Shown: positions 41,243-55,245 of the stretch, piece by piece
Numbering within the stretch: the first letter of the stretch is position 1
Layout: every line of letters begins with the position of its first letter
NCBI GenBank assembly: GCA_951406725.2
Contig: OX597816.1
Location: 100,998,001-101,062,000, forward strand
Reading direction: 5' to 3'
Origin: Octopus vulgaris
Taxonomy: Eukaryota
DNA: 64,000 nt
Notes under the pieces: model-generated
The model's input: the letters and a program-made list of their open reading frames with translations, nothing else
Told to the model about the DNA's origin: nothing
Databases searched by the model: none
Translations under genes and position numbers: made by a program

Positions 41243-41695
41243 GGCGGCGAGATGACAGAATCGTTAAAACCCCAGTCAAGACGCTTAGTGGCATTAGGTT
41301 CGTCTTAATGTTCTGAGTTCAATTTTCACCGTGGTCGACTTTGCCTTTCATCCTTTCGGAGTCGATACAATAAATACCAGTCAAGTACTAGGCCTATTTA
41401 ATCGACTACCCACTTCCCCAAAATTTCAGGTCTTGTGTTTTCAATAAAAGGGATCATTATTATTTTTAAGGTTGTGAACTGGCAGATTCGTTACTGCGCC
41501 GGACAAAATGCTTAGCGGGATTTCTTCCGTTTTTACGTTCTGATTTCAAATTCCGCCGAGGTCGACTTTCCTTATCATCCCGTCGGGGTCGATAAAGTAA
41601 GTACCAGTGGAGCACCGGCTCGATGTCGTCTGCTAGCCCCCCTCCTGCCAAAACTTTCAGCCTTTGCGCATCTAGTAAAATGAAGTTTTTAAAAA

Positions 41696-41725
<30 letters not shown>
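40640..41725 (+). mobile_element. Four tandem family B SINE copies separated mainly by (CTT)n and (ATT)n tracts
   Basis: Copies at about 40640-40825, 40985-41155, 41240-41455 and 41468-41690, each with (g/a)gttcaaat.cc..cga/gggtcgactttgcctttcatcc..tcgg(g/a)gtcgataaa. Confidence 0.85.
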
Positions 41726-41727
<2 letters not shown>

Positions 41728-42365
41728 TCCTACGATACAAAACTAAATACAAGTCAACAAGCGAACTTCTATGTAATTGTTCAAATTGCTAGAAACAGCA
41801 GCCAAATTCGCCATAAAAAAGCAACCCGGCGTCTGAGTAAAGGTTACTCTGAATAATGTGGTTTCGTGTTCCCTTCATACAGGAATAAGACGGTACTGTC
41901 ACAGCTACAAAATCAGGGCTGAGTTGGGGACTCAACGACCTCAACAAGATAAATGGACAGACACTCACGGGAGCACGCACATGGCGCTATGCATACATAC
42001 GCATTGTCTCAGCACAGAAGCAGCTTCTCTCTCCTCCACTCTCTCCCCTTCTCTCTCCCCCTCTCTCTCTCTCTGTCACTCCCTCTACATACACTTACAC
42101 AGATAATGTCACAAACGGAGACAGTTAACACGCCCCGTGACACTTCAACTTTGATTTCCTTCAGATGATAAGCGCGTCGATTCAATCTTAATCTCTCTAC
42201 CCACCCATGCTCTGAGTCAACCTTTGCCTTCTCTCCTCTCTTAGAGAAACTTCCTTCATATCGCCAGACATTCCCATCTCAATTCAGCCCCATCACTCTT
42301 TATATGTTTTCTCAGGAGCATACACAAGCAGACAAAACGAGCACACACATGGAGAGTGAGAGGGT

Positions 42366-42414
<49 letters not shown>

Positions 42415-42542
42415 AGGGAGGGGAGCTCTCAATACTCACACGCATACATAGACAAACTACGCGTATATAGAAATACGCAACTAGTACATACATGCATATA
42501 CATACATACATACATACAAACATACATATATACATACACACG

Positions 42543-42575
<33 letters not shown>

Positions 42576-42636
42576 GCGCACACATGTGTATACATATATG
42601 AATACATACATGCATACACACAGACAAACACACACA

Positions 42637-42697
<61 letters not shown>

Positions 42698-42769
42698 AAA
42701 GGATGTGTAATAATACTATTCCACAGCCATACCAACAATCCAACATACCTCCATCATCAGCTGCCCCAC

Positions 42770-42850
42770 GGATATCACTATGGTTTCGATACCTGGGCAG
42801 TACCATTCAATCTGGCGGTGTCAGCAGCACTAAAATAAGTGTTATTTGGG
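42770..42850 (+). mobile_element. Tiny LINE reverse transcriptase fragment
   Basis: Encodes FRYLGSTIQSGG, resembling the F.YLGS motif of RTE/CR1 RT domain 7. Short, so weak. Confidence 0.35.
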
Positions 42851-43384
42851 AACAAACAATCCAAAGGAACCACAACTTTCAAACATATCTACCCTATGTA
42901 CAACCGTATCGATAAATAAATTCAATAAGTATATTACAACCACTCCTAAATACGTAACTAAACAGCGACAACTCTATCAAGTCATACACAAATTATAATC
43001 CCTACCGTCATCCGTAGTGTAATATAAACGTAAAAGCTTAACAGCCACATTATTTCAATCAATCAATATATAAGCAGGATTAAATACTAACTTCAATAAA
43101 ACTACAACAAAGAGACATATAAACCAATGTACATTGTATTGGTATTAATAGTAAACAGCAATAACTAAATTATATGCGAAATTGCGATCAATTTTTAAGT
43201 CCATATAAATAATAGTCCCACCGGTCTTCCATAGATACTACTATAATGAAAGTTGAAGCCAAAAGAAAACACGATTAAAATTAATTTAACTAATATTTTT
43301 ATGAGTGAAATACATTATTTCATCATTAAAAAGTTAATAATAAAACACTGCATACTCATTGCCTACAGTTCATCTTCAGTTCAA

Positions 43385-43985
43385 CCCTTCATCGTTGCGC
43401 CCCACACATAATAAAGGGGTTGCAGTCTGGGGAGTTAGGTAGCCAAGTGTTAGGAGTGATGTGGTTGCAGAAATTGTCTGACAGCCATGACTGGGTTCCC
43501 CTGATTGTGCGGCATGGTGCAGAGTCCTGTTGCCAGAAATAAGGTCTTCTAGCAACTACCCTCTTGACCCAGGGCAGCGCTACCTCCTCCAAGCACTTGA
43601 TGTAGGTCTCAGTGTTGAATCTAAGGCTGTGTGGGAAGATGAATTGAGGCATAACGTCGCTGTCACTAGTGATCACTCCAAACACAATGATGTTGACAGG
43701 ATGTCTCGGTACATCCTGTCATACTCTCGGTATATACTCTCGGTACATGTCCACAGATTGCACTGTCTTCATATTGACACCCGAACACTCTGACATGTTC
43801 GTATTGGAGCTTCTGGCGCGAATGGCAAATAATACAGCATGTCGATTCCAACTTTCTGGCAGAGTAAATTGCGTCACGGTGCTGTTTTTCTTGCAGACGG
43901 TGCCCAACGGTCCCAAGTATACTGTGTAGTTGACAAAATGAATGCGCGAAATTAAAAATATAGAATGGCAAAAATTTACTCTTTG
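43385..43985 (-). mobile_element. Internally deleted DD37D (maT/Bmmar1-like) Tc1/mariner-superfamily transposon
   Basis: MFGVITSDSDVMPQFIFPHSL.FNTETYIKCLEEVALPW...YFWQQDSAPC.T...QSWL...TWLPNSPDCNP. There are 36 residues from the QQD aspartate through SPDCNP, placing the lost third D at D37 spacing. N-terminal HTH-like remnant RHAVLFAIRARSSNTNMSEC.GVN.KTV lies upstream. Confidence 0.85.
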
Positions 43986-44000
43986 CTCTCTCTCTCTCTT

Positions 44001-44073
<73 letters not shown>

Positions 44074-44338
44074 ATATATAAATATATATACACACACATA
44101 CATATATACATATATACAGATCTAGCACGAAATAGGAGTAATGAACAGTCGGACAACTGATGAGGAGTTATCTTCTTTCGGTATTTTGTCCTGTACTTTT
44201 CTCTCGTGTGTTTATGTATTATTCACTCGGTGGTGATGTCCTTTAGACAATGTATATTTTTTATTCTATTTAGTTATAACTGAACGCCACGCAGCCTTTA
44301 CCACAATAAGTTCTTACGTCTATATACATACATGCATT

Positions 44339-44404
<66 letters not shown>

Positions 44405-44408
<4 letters not shown>

Positions 44409-44615
44409 TGACCGCGTGTGTACCGTTGGCCATTTTTTTTCCTCTGTCTTCCCTTTTCTGGATCTTTCCTTTTCCTATGTTTCTGACGAAGAGCTCCGCT
44501 CGAAACGTAATCCCCTCCTTCTTCCCTTCCTTCCTGAGCGTCCAATAATACTATATTTGTTCCGCGTCCTCGCGTTGTTGTGTTTTCTCTTTGTGTTTTC
44601 ATGTTTGGATTAACT
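44405..44615 (+). mobile_element. Short element between (TG)n and (TA)n carrying a hammerhead core (probable Penelope-like terminal repeat)
   Basis: Contains gtttCTGACGA-a-GAGC(tcc)GCTC-GAAA-CG-TA at 44479-44509, followed by aataata. Confidence 0.6.
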
Positions 44616-45431
44616 TTATATATATATATATATATACATACATATATATGTATATATATATGTATATATATACACGCGCGCGCATATACATATGCAGCTA
44701 TATAACATATATACCTAGTTGTATGTATAGACATATATGTACGTATGTACGTATGTATGTATGAATGTATGTTTGTATGTATGTACGTATGTATGTATGT
44801 ATGTATGTATGTATGTATGTATGTATGTATGTATGTATATAAACATACATACACTCACATATTTCGGAATGTGTTTTACATGATAACATTAAACAAATGT
44901 AACAATAATTTGGCACCTACAACTGTTTGATAACATTATCCGAAACCATAGCAAGCAGCTTCACAACTTACATAATCTCTAGACACATACATACAAAGCA
45001 CACATGCATACACACATACACAAACACACTCATACTTACACACACGCACACGCACAGACATAAAAACACGCACAGACAATACACATATACACATGCACAA
45101 ATACACATACATGCACACACACTTACACACATACAAATACACACACAGCATACACATACATGCACACACACATACATACACATACTCGTATTAAAACTTT
45201 CGATTCGCCCACCGCCTCTTTTCCTCTCATTATGTCGCTTAAACATGCATACACACACACACACACACTCACATACGCAAGCACAAACACGCACACACGC
45301 ACACACACACACATGTGCGCGCACGCAACTCTCCCACACTTTCATTCTCAACCTGTTTCTGATTTCCCTCCCATCTACTAATTCTCTGTCTGCCCATTCA
45401 CTCTGTCATCTATCTACCTCTCTTTATTCAT

Positions 45432-45510
<79 letters not shown>

Positions 45511-45585
45511 CAAACACACACACACATACATACACACACGCACACATACACACACATACACACACACACACATACACACACACAC

Positions 45586-45617
<32 letters not shown>

Positions 45618-45727
45618 GCACAAACACAAACACACACACACACACACATCTGTCTAGCAGACGCTATTACAGTCTGTGTGTTGGATTTGTTTTGTCTACA
45701 CCTCTATCACGTTACTTTCTTTTTTAC

Positions 45728-45762
<35 letters not shown>

Positions 45763-46154
45763 CGCTTGTGCTCTGTATGTATATGTATATGTATGTATGG
45801 ATGGATGGATAGATGGAATTTGGAAAGATACTTCTATGTCTGTTTATCTTGTTCTATAGTCCACTGTCTGTCTTTCACCATCACCCACCCCCGCACCTCC
45901 TCTCCTCCCTTACCTTTCGTCACTAACAACCAAGTCTGTAAATGAAGCAGTTAATATTTCGTGCCCCGAAGTAACTCCTGGTTTGTTGTTATTTACACAA
46001 TTTACACAAATGTACTGAATTGTTTGTCAGTATCACACACATACACACACACACACAATCCCCGCCTCTTTCACTCTGTCTATCAGTCTATCTGTATCTG
46101 TCTCTGTCTCTCTTCTTCTCTCTCTCTATCCGTATGTCAGTGTGTGAGTGTGTA

Positions 46155-46407
46155 ATTATATAAAAGGGCAGTGGAATTACGTAATCAACTCCAATGGCTT
46201 ACAGCTGTTTCTGCCGTTAGATGCAGTGCACTTTAGAACCTCGGAGAAAGCCATAACGTGATGCACAGGCATTGAGCTCTATATGCACTGCCTCTGGAGA
46301 GTGAACTAATGTACAGCACATATATTTGATCACTATAAACAAATCATTTGTGTGTAGGTCGTTCGGCAAGAATCTCAACACTTCTTGCCGAAGGACCTGC
46401 ACAAATG

Positions 46408-46410
<3 letters not shown>
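46155..46410 (-). mobile_element. Probable Penelope-like terminus remnant with a terminal hairpin
   Basis: Minus strand GAAA-cagctg-TA-agcc (palindromic hammerhead stem III) with ggct upstream and a degenerate CTGANGA. The same gcagaaacagctgtaag string occurs at 23215-23231. Confidence 0.45.
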
Positions 46411-46457
<47 letters not shown>

Positions 46458-46461
46458 CGGA

Positions 46462-46975
46462 CACTTTAACTCTTTTATATACTCTTTAACTCTTTTATAT
46501 ACTCTTTAACTCTTTTAGTTGTTTTAATCATTTTACTGTAGTCATGCTGGAGCACGGCTTTGAAGATTTTTTTTAGTCGAACAAATCAAACCCAGGACTT
46601 ATTTTTTAAGCCTAGTACTTATTCTTTCGATCTCTTTTGCCGAACCTGTAAATTACAGAGACGTGAACACACCAACACCGTTTGACAAGCGGTGATGGGG
46701 CGGAGACAAATACAGACACAAAGACACACACGCAAGACTATATAGATATATATGGATATACATATATATTTATATATGTAACTGAAAGAAGCCCGTCGTG
46801 TGTATGTATGTATATATATATACATGACGGAATTCTTTCAGTTTCCGTCTACCAAATCTGCTCACAAGGTACTAGTCGGCCTGAGGCTATAGTAGAAGAC
46901 GCTTGCCCAAAGTACCGCGCAGTGGAACTGAGCCCTGGTTGAGAAGCAAGCTTCTTACAACACAGCCGAGCCTGC
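46462..46975 (-). mobile_element. SINE family A with 20-bp tandemly repeated tail
   Basis: catgctggagcac...ccaggacttatt...ttctttcagtttccgtctaccaaatc...cttgcccaaagtaccgcgcagtggaactgagcc; tail (ctttaactcttttatatact) x about 3. Confidence 0.82.
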
Positions 46976-47015
46976 GTCTCGAAAAATATGAAAAATATGA
47001 ACTAACTCACTGGGT

Positions 47016-47064
<49 letters not shown>

Positions 47065-47066
<2 letters not shown>

Positions 47067-47675
47067 GCCGGCTGGCACAACTGGATGATTAAGAAGTTCG
47101 CTTTGCGACCATAGGATTTCGGGATCGATCTTACCTAAAGTGTGGCAACTTTGGCAAGTGTAGTTATGATAAACTCCGTCAACCCACAATCCAAGCATCG
47201 TGTAGACCGTTTAGAAGACTGTCGAGTGGGTTGCACCAGCGATTGAAAAGTCGTGCCTACACACTCACCGTGTCACGTTGATTCTACATCAAAATTATAT
47301 TAAAAATATGCATGGCAAGAGAATATTCAACCATATTGCAACGAGTAGATTGTCCATTTGATTACAAAACCTAGGTACTCATGCCAACGTTGGAGAAGTG
47401 TATTCTATTATAGTCCCGGGCCAACTAAAGTCTTTGAGTGGATTTGTTAGACGGAAACTAGAAGAAACCCGTTGTGTATGTGTGCGTGTGTTTATTCCTC
47501 ACGACAGATTGTATACGTCTCTATAACTTAGTGGTTCGTTACAAGAGTTCGATAGAATGAGAACCAGGCTTTAGAAAAATAAATACTTGGATTGATTCGT
47601 TCGACTAAATCCTTTCAGCTAAGTGCCCCAGTATCACCGCAGTCAAATGGCTGAAACAACTAGGAGATAAATGTT
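47065..47675 (+). mobile_element. Composite SINE region: tRNA-like head + distinct central domain (47160-47390) followed by family A body and tail
   Basis: Head ttaagaagttcgctttgcgaccatagg...tttggcaagtg; caccgtgtcacgttgatt domain not seen in family A; then gggccaactaaagtctttgagtggatttg...gtgccccagtat...ctgaaacaa. Confidence 0.6.
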
Positions 47676-48170
47676 ATACATACATACATACATACATACA
47701 TACATACATACATACATACATACATGCGTTCGCAAATAAAGAGGAACAACAAATTTCAACCAAATACTTGATGTACAAAAAGGGCAGACGTGCAGGGAAA
47801 ACTCCAAAATGTCATAATCGATGCAGATTTTGTGGAGTTAACACCCACATCATAATCAGTTGTCCAAAAATATTGTCGTAGTATTGTCTACCGATCAGAC
47901 ATGATGTTGTAGCCAGGACACTATTTTAGTATACATGAGCATGTATAGATATGCAAGTACATACATGAGAATACATACATAAAGCAAAACATATAAAGCT
48001 GCAATTGTACTGGCTCCAAATATTTCACATATACACATGCAAAAAATACCCTGCTGATGTTGTTGAAATTCCAATGAAGGAACTAGGTTAGAAACCGACT
48101 CTTCCTCTATTGAAATAAAACTAAATAATGACATATCTACATACCCCCTCACACACACACACACACACAC

Positions 48171-48219
<49 letters not shown>

Positions 48220-50243
48220 CGAGAACTCCGAGAACAGCTTCTCTTTTCTATATGTATAGAAAATATAAATGTGTAGTTTTATAATTTTTATCAAGGTTTT
48301 ATACCCATATTTTCATTGGGATTTTTTGCATTGTATTGGGAATAGTAAAGTTCCTGAAAACTCTCATCAATGTTTCCAATCCTTCACGGTATTATTTTCT
48401 GGATAAAGTGATTTGGGAGTATGACACAAGATGACATCAAGAAATTAGAGGCAAACAACTCCATATAAAAAAAATTATCAATACAATGACTGAAGTTCTC
48501 AATTTAAATATAACTAAATAACAAAAAAAACATCATGTCCGTTTAGAGCAAAGATAGAAATAAATGTCTGTACTAACGTAGAAAAAGAGCAAATGCTTAC
48601 ACAGATATAAAATGTCAGTAATGACATCCCTACTTTTAATAGCATTTAGATACGCCTCCACAACCGAAGAACTCAATGATATAATCCCCAGAACAAAATA
48701 AACACTTATCAACAACATGTAATCTAACAAGCCATAGAACGACGCCAGCACAAATACAACGCAACAAATACACCAAACACCGCAGACATAAAAAATACCC
48801 AAAGTATATATCACTTGCTTTATATGAACTAAATGTTTATAACTACAATCTAGATTCAGTATTTGGAGTTGGAAACAGTCTAAATAAATTCTTTAATTTC
48901 CACCTCTTTTATAGTATCAACGTATTCTGAGATCTTCCGTCTTTTGCACACCCACTGAACGAGAGTCTCGTTTACTGTCACCAAGAGGAACATTTTCTAT
49001 AAGAATTCCATTGTTTATATGATTGATAGCGTAATGTGTATATGCAATGATCTCATCTCAAAACAACGTGGCCTGATATTTCCTTTGAAAAGTATGGTAG
49101 CCCTCACTTTTCCTATCTCTCAAAACTTCAATTTTGAACTAACAAAATTAATTGCATTCATACTGAGCAAAACATTATTTCTTTCGCATATTCAGAAAAA
49201 ATGGTACAATCAATATAAACTGATCGATATCATTAATGACTAAAACTTTCAAAAATTTCATTGATGGTCAACCAAAAGTTTTTAGTTTGAGATTATATTC
49301 CCTTCAGTATAGTTAATTCAAATTCATCCAGCATTCTATACGAATCCACCCAGAAGTTCTGAGATAATACACTTATATGACTACCAATATAAACATGCAT
49401 CTTAATATTAAAATTACTGAATTACTTATTGATCATTTTTGTATTGCTTTCGGAGACTTTCGTGAATTCTTGCAGTGACTCTATAACTTCGTTTACAATT
49501 ATTTCAGAGCCGTATTGAAAATTCACAATTCATATTTGGTCCAAAAACAACGACGTGAAAAGTAACCAAGAATCGAAATTATTGCTTTGTACTCACTCGG
49601 TTGGTTGAATAATTGTACATGTCACAAATTGAATTCAGTGCCGTGTCTTAACTTAAATAGTTAAACAGTATCTATTTCCACAAGATTTTTAATGCATTCT
49701 GCGTTTAATACATTTACAATAAATTAACAAGGGCTTTTCAAGTCGATAGTTTCTCTAATTTATTCTCTAAAAAGTTTTAGACTTCTACATCTACTAGTCT
49801 ACATTCCGATAATTTCCTTCGTGATTTTCTCATCGTTACTTCGGTGAGCACATTGAAGTCTATGCTTCGCAGATTAGATCATATGAAATAGCGAAAAATG
49901 TCCAGAAGTACGTCCTCCAATTTACAATATTATTTGTCAATGACTAATGTTGTTCGTTTTCTTTTCGTCGCACAATTACTTCATCTTATTTTTTCGATGA
50001 TCACTATATTAAATATATTTGACAAAACCCAATGCATTTATATAGTTGATCTCAATCGGAATCGATAACAGCCACATTTTACGATTTGAATGATTTCCTC
50101 CCTACCCAACAGGGATTATTAATGTTCATAATTTCATTCTTTCACCGAGAAGGTCAAAATATAATTAAATGATAGTTTAAAAAAGAGAAACTCCAGATGC
50201 AGTTTCGAATGCGGTATAACAAAGAAACTAGTAGCATTAAGAG

Positions 50244-50346
50244 TTAGGAGTGCGAGTAGTGATACTGACACAGTCAAATATACGAAACCTGCTCGCTGAC
50301 TTTACTCAGCAGGAGCTTACTATCTCTTCGCAGTACTCGCACCTAG
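50244..50346. repeat. Short inverted repeat (about 18-bp arms), possible tiny MITE
   Basis: taggagtgcgagtagtga versus tcgcagtactcgcaccta. Confidence 0.45.
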
Positions 50347-51307
50347 CTTCAAGAAACTAGATGAGATTAAAAGATGAATATTTTAACAAGTGTTAGAATA
50401 TTTGTAGCTGAGTGTAAACCGAACAACGATATTATTTTTGTACTAAGATGACATCAAACCAACACGTTCTTGTCTTTTACGGCGGGGGTGGGCTTTTTGT
50501 TGAAATTGCGAGTACATCAATTGTCAAGTTGTTGGGTGGTCTGAGACCTACCCCTGACACATCCTCACAATAACTGCCTATAGTAGTTACCCAACCGATC
50601 AAGCTGGCATCATTATGACCTAAAAGCTTAATCCAAATTGTTCATGGGTCAGTTTTGCTGCTGTGATTTCAATGTCAAGGAAGTAAGAGCTAGGGTAGGG
50701 GACTTGTTGCTGTTAACTAACTCTAAATGTCACACTGACAGGATTTGTTTCGGCAGAGTTGATAACTGTTAAAACAGAAAGCTCTCAGGCATCCTGAATG
50801 TAAAGGGATGAGACAGAGTGAATGCTTAAAAATATAGCATCTGACTAAATTGATAAAGTGAGACTGTACTTGTGAAAGATTATCAGTTACTGCTAGTTAA
50901 ATTAAGCTATGACAGAGTCAATAAATTTTATTAAGAATAGATCACAGTAGAATTGGGTTTAGACTTGGTGGACCCTAGACTATGTAAAATTTGAAAATTC
51001 TTTGCTAAAAATATATACTAGGTATTGCAAAAATGGAAAACATAAATGTCCTTTAAGTTATTCTGAGGTCTCTGCGGATTGTGGGATCATAAGATTCTGC
51101 TTCTTTAGCGCAAAACTAAATTAGGCATTGCATCACATCAACGGTACTAATTTGTGTACTTTTCGATTTATTACTGGACTATTTACCAATACAGTCAGTA
51201 GCAGCTCATAAAACTTATAGAACTGAAAGACTTTGACGAATCTTTTCCCAGCAACTATAGGAAATGTTTTATCGATACACGCATATACGTTTGTTAATGT
51301 GTATATA

Positions 51308-51339
<32 letters not shown>

Positions 51340-52669
51340 GTTATGTATGTATGTATGTATGTATGTATGTATGTATGTATGTATGTATGTATGTGTATGT
51401 GTGTATGCGCGCGTCCGCACCTGTGTGTATGTGTGTTCGTTTAATCCTTTAGGATTAAGTAAGTAAAGTATCATCCCGTGCTGGTGGGTTGCCTGTATTT
51501 ACAAAGCGTCAAACAGGACGCCTGGCTGTATTTGTTTCGTTTTAAGTGTAGATATCACTTGGATATAAAAACCGATTACATTTCTGGCAGTGACTGCAAC
51601 CGATAGATATTATCAAGAATTGCAAACCTTTGGGGAACATAACTCTTTTTGACATGATCAGAAACTTCCCTGCGATGCGTTGCAATGCTAATTTCTTTTG
51701 TTATGATTGCGAACTATTCTTACCTATAATTTATATAAGTATAACTATCATTTTCTGTACGTTGACTTCCGTTGCCATATTTGAGGTTAATTTCGGTTAT
51801 CAGTATTCTTATAAAATCTTTTACAAAACAAATCGATCGTATTTATGCCTTTGATGTTTCGACTGCTTCGTATGTCAAACGGTTTCTACTGCATGGAAAT
51901 TATATTTATTTTTTCTTTGAATATGACATTTTATGAAAGCATTGTCTCAATATTTATGATGAAAGCATTATATCTCTACAAATATCTGGAGGAGATATAG
52001 AATTTATATGCATGTATTTCAATGTAGCTTCGCTTCATTTTCAAGTGTCATCGTTCTATTTCTACCTATATATCATTATAATATTCTGCTAAACCTGATA
52101 TATTTTCTCTTTTACTGATCTGTATGCTAATTGCTTTTCATAAAAGAAGTATGTTTATCACGTCTGTAAAGTGTTTCTACCTATAATTTCTATGACAACT
52201 TAATTTTGAAAACGTTGATGTTGATCTGAGTACTCTTCTAAAGTTTTCCCCACAGCAAACCGAGGGTTTGTTTGTACGATGTATGTATGTATGTATGTAT
52301 GTATGTATGTATGTATGTATGTATGTATGTATGTATGTATGTATGTATGTATGTTTGTATGTATGTATGTAAGCATTAATTATGTATGTCATTATTCAGC
52401 TTGATTTCAAGATTTCTTGCCTATAGAGAAAGAGCAAGTTTCTAACTTAGACCTAAGGTTCATTTAATGGAATTGTGTATGTACGTATGCATATGTGCAG
52501 ATTTGTATGTTTTGCTTTATGTATTCTCATGCAAACAGTTGCATGTCTAGACATGCTCATATGTGTATGTATGTATGCATGTATGTACGTATATATGCAT
52601 GTATATATGTATGTTTGCGTGTGTGTGTGTTTGTGTGTTTGTGTGTGCGTGTGTGTGTGTGTTTATTTG

Positions 52670-52788
<119 letters not shown>

Positions 52789-53203
52789 ATAGATATGTGT
52801 GTGAATGCACACATATATAGTGCATGACCCTGTGGTTTGGGTACTGGACAAACAATTACAAATCCGATTTGTCCTTAAGTAAAGAACTGTTATTTCGCGA
52901 TTTCCCAGTCTACTTAGCTGCAAAGAGTACCAACTGAGTGCTGGTGTAACACTTTCTTCATACTGCTCTCACATTTTGGATGAAGGGAGGGGAGGCCTAG
53001 AGGGTAACTAAGTCTGCACATGACTATATGGGTACCGAAAGAAAAATAATAATTAGCAGTAGCCCAATTACATGTTATACCAAATCATACTGCCTTCTGT
53101 GGTTTATTGCAATAGTGTGTGTTGCGTCTATTGTATATGTGTGCATACATAGATGATTATATTTGTGTGTGCATTATATATATATATATATGTACATATA
53201 TAC

Positions 53204-53289
<86 letters not shown>

Positions 53290-53369
53290 CTTAGAATAAC
53301 TTAGAAAGGTTTTGGCCAGTATTGGCCCAGGCCATGTCTAACTTAATAGCACCACCTGGCGAAGTCTTT

Positions 53370-53412
<43 letters not shown>

Positions 53413-53425
53413 ATGTGTGTGTGTG

Positions 53426-53466
<41 letters not shown>

Positions 53467-53729
53467 ATATGTATATAAATGTATACATATATATGTATGT
53501 ATATATATAGTGCACACTTGCACACACACACATGTATATAGTATTACTAGGGTATTCAGTAGATATGAATATATCTATGTGTGTGTTTCTGTCTACACAC
53601 ATGCGTACACGTACACTTTAATACACATATATACGTGTGCACATACACATAGAAGTAGATACATGTGTGACTATCTATATTTGTATGTATATTTATACGT
53701 ATGTTTATATTTGCTTAAATATTCATGTC

Positions 53730-53762
<33 letters not shown>

Positions 53763-54196
53763 GCATAATTTCACATCCCTCACTTATATACAAACTCATA
53801 CACACATACACACACACTCCGCCAATCCTTGACATGTATCAAAAGATCTCGCTTCACCACTTTCTGTTTCTTTTACTTTTACAGTGAATGACATTGACTC
53901 ATGTTTCGATATTTACAATAGTGCATCTTCTGTCCCTCAACGACCTTCTTTTACTTTTATCTCTTGCTTTTCGTCTTCACCATTTCTTTCGCATTGTTTT
54001 CGTACGTTTTTTGTGTCCTCCTTGTTTTTTTTTCTATAGTTTAGTTTTTCTGTGTAACTTATCTCTGTCATGCCCTCTCCTCTATTCTCTTTATGGTAAT
54101 AAATGTAAAATATTAACGATGCTATTTCTATCTCTTCATTTTCTTCTCCTTTATCTTCTTTTTCTTTCTCCCTTTTTATCTTTTAGGAGGAAAGAC

Positions 54197-54291
54197 AGTG
54201 CCCATGTCCTTCTACAGGGCTTCGGTGACTGGTTGATGGAGGGAGGAAGGTATCCTCAAACTGGAGACTGTTAAAGGCACACAAGGTGCAG
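54197..54291 (+). repeat. Diverged copy of the repeat at 1798-1925, lacking about 35 internal bp
   Basis: Shared agtgcccatg, aggaaggtatcctcaaa and taaaggca blocks in the same order. Confidence 0.6.
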
Positions 54292-55127
54292 TACTTCCCA
54301 TTCTGTTATTTAAATCGACCGGCTTGCCTACATCCGTCTTTTTCATTCATTTTGACCAACCATAGTGGATTTTAACTCCCGATTATAATACAAATGTCTA
54401 AAACAGACAACCATAGCCTTGCAATCAGACGCTGTAGTTTTCAATGAATTTCCCTAAACTACATTTAGCATCCCGAGGTTACTTTCTGTTATTGCTTAAA
54501 ATTGATTGATTTTTATGTTAGCTTTCAGAGGTGATATCCAGTGTTCCCGTGAAACTTGCTTGATGAGAGAAGAGTGCTACTACACCGCTGACTTGCTCTT
54601 ACTAAACAGCATAGATACAAATTTGTCAGCAATCTCCTTTTAACGTAGAGAATAGCAATGTTACCATCTCAACTATTTTTTTTTTAGTGTCAGATAGAAT
54701 ATTATTGTTAATAAATGGTCTAATTGTTTAATAATAATGTATTACAGGATGATTACGAGCTGTCATGTAGTAAACTGAAGTTACTATATGCCCGTGTCAT
54801 TCGTGATATGTAGCTATCAATAAGAGTTCATTTAGATTTACCTGGTGTCATGGGCTTAAAGTGAGGTAGAGAGTCCGTCAGTTTATTTCTTTCAGGTGCA
54901 ATGAATCCAAGAAGAGAACATTAGTAGATGTGTATGTCAGAAGTACGATTGACCAGGTGCAAATTCATTATATAACTGATTTACGAAAGGAATGTTGCTA
55001 GTGAGCAGAAAAAGAGAGGGACTGACAACTGAGCACTCTTTGCTTCTCACTGTTGATATCTACGTTATTTATGGTGATGCACCAGAATATTTACCTGAGT
55101 TGACGATGTAAATACCTTAACGTGTCA

Positions 55128-55245
55128 AATGTTCAATGAAACATCAGCTGGTCAGTGGATCATAAAATGTTCAGTGAACAAAAAGGGCAAAATGGATCAT
55201 AAACTCGTCAGTGGATTATAAACTCTTCTAAGGACCATAAAGTCA
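55128..55245. repeat. Degenerate minisatellite, unit about 20 bp
   Basis: gtcagtggatcataaa / aatggatcataaactc / gtcagtggattataaactc / aggaccataaa. Confidence 0.6.

Noticed and set aside
44927-45859. Longest ORF (310 aa) and the many YI/HT/CV/LS/YLSI-repeat ORFs
   Set aside because: Stop-free read-through of (CA)n, (TA)n, (GA)n, (TACA)n and (GATA)n microsatellites
47895-48170. Minus ORF containing QQGIFCMCICEIF, weakly A-chain-like
   Set aside because: No CC doublet, wrong Cys spacing, lies upstream of the B-chain exon, and starts in a (TG)n tract
48880-50120. Faint resemblance of several short translations to Helitron/PIF1 helicase motifs
   Set aside because: Motifs are too degenerate, fall on both strands and have inconsistent spacing; cannot be supported without a profile search
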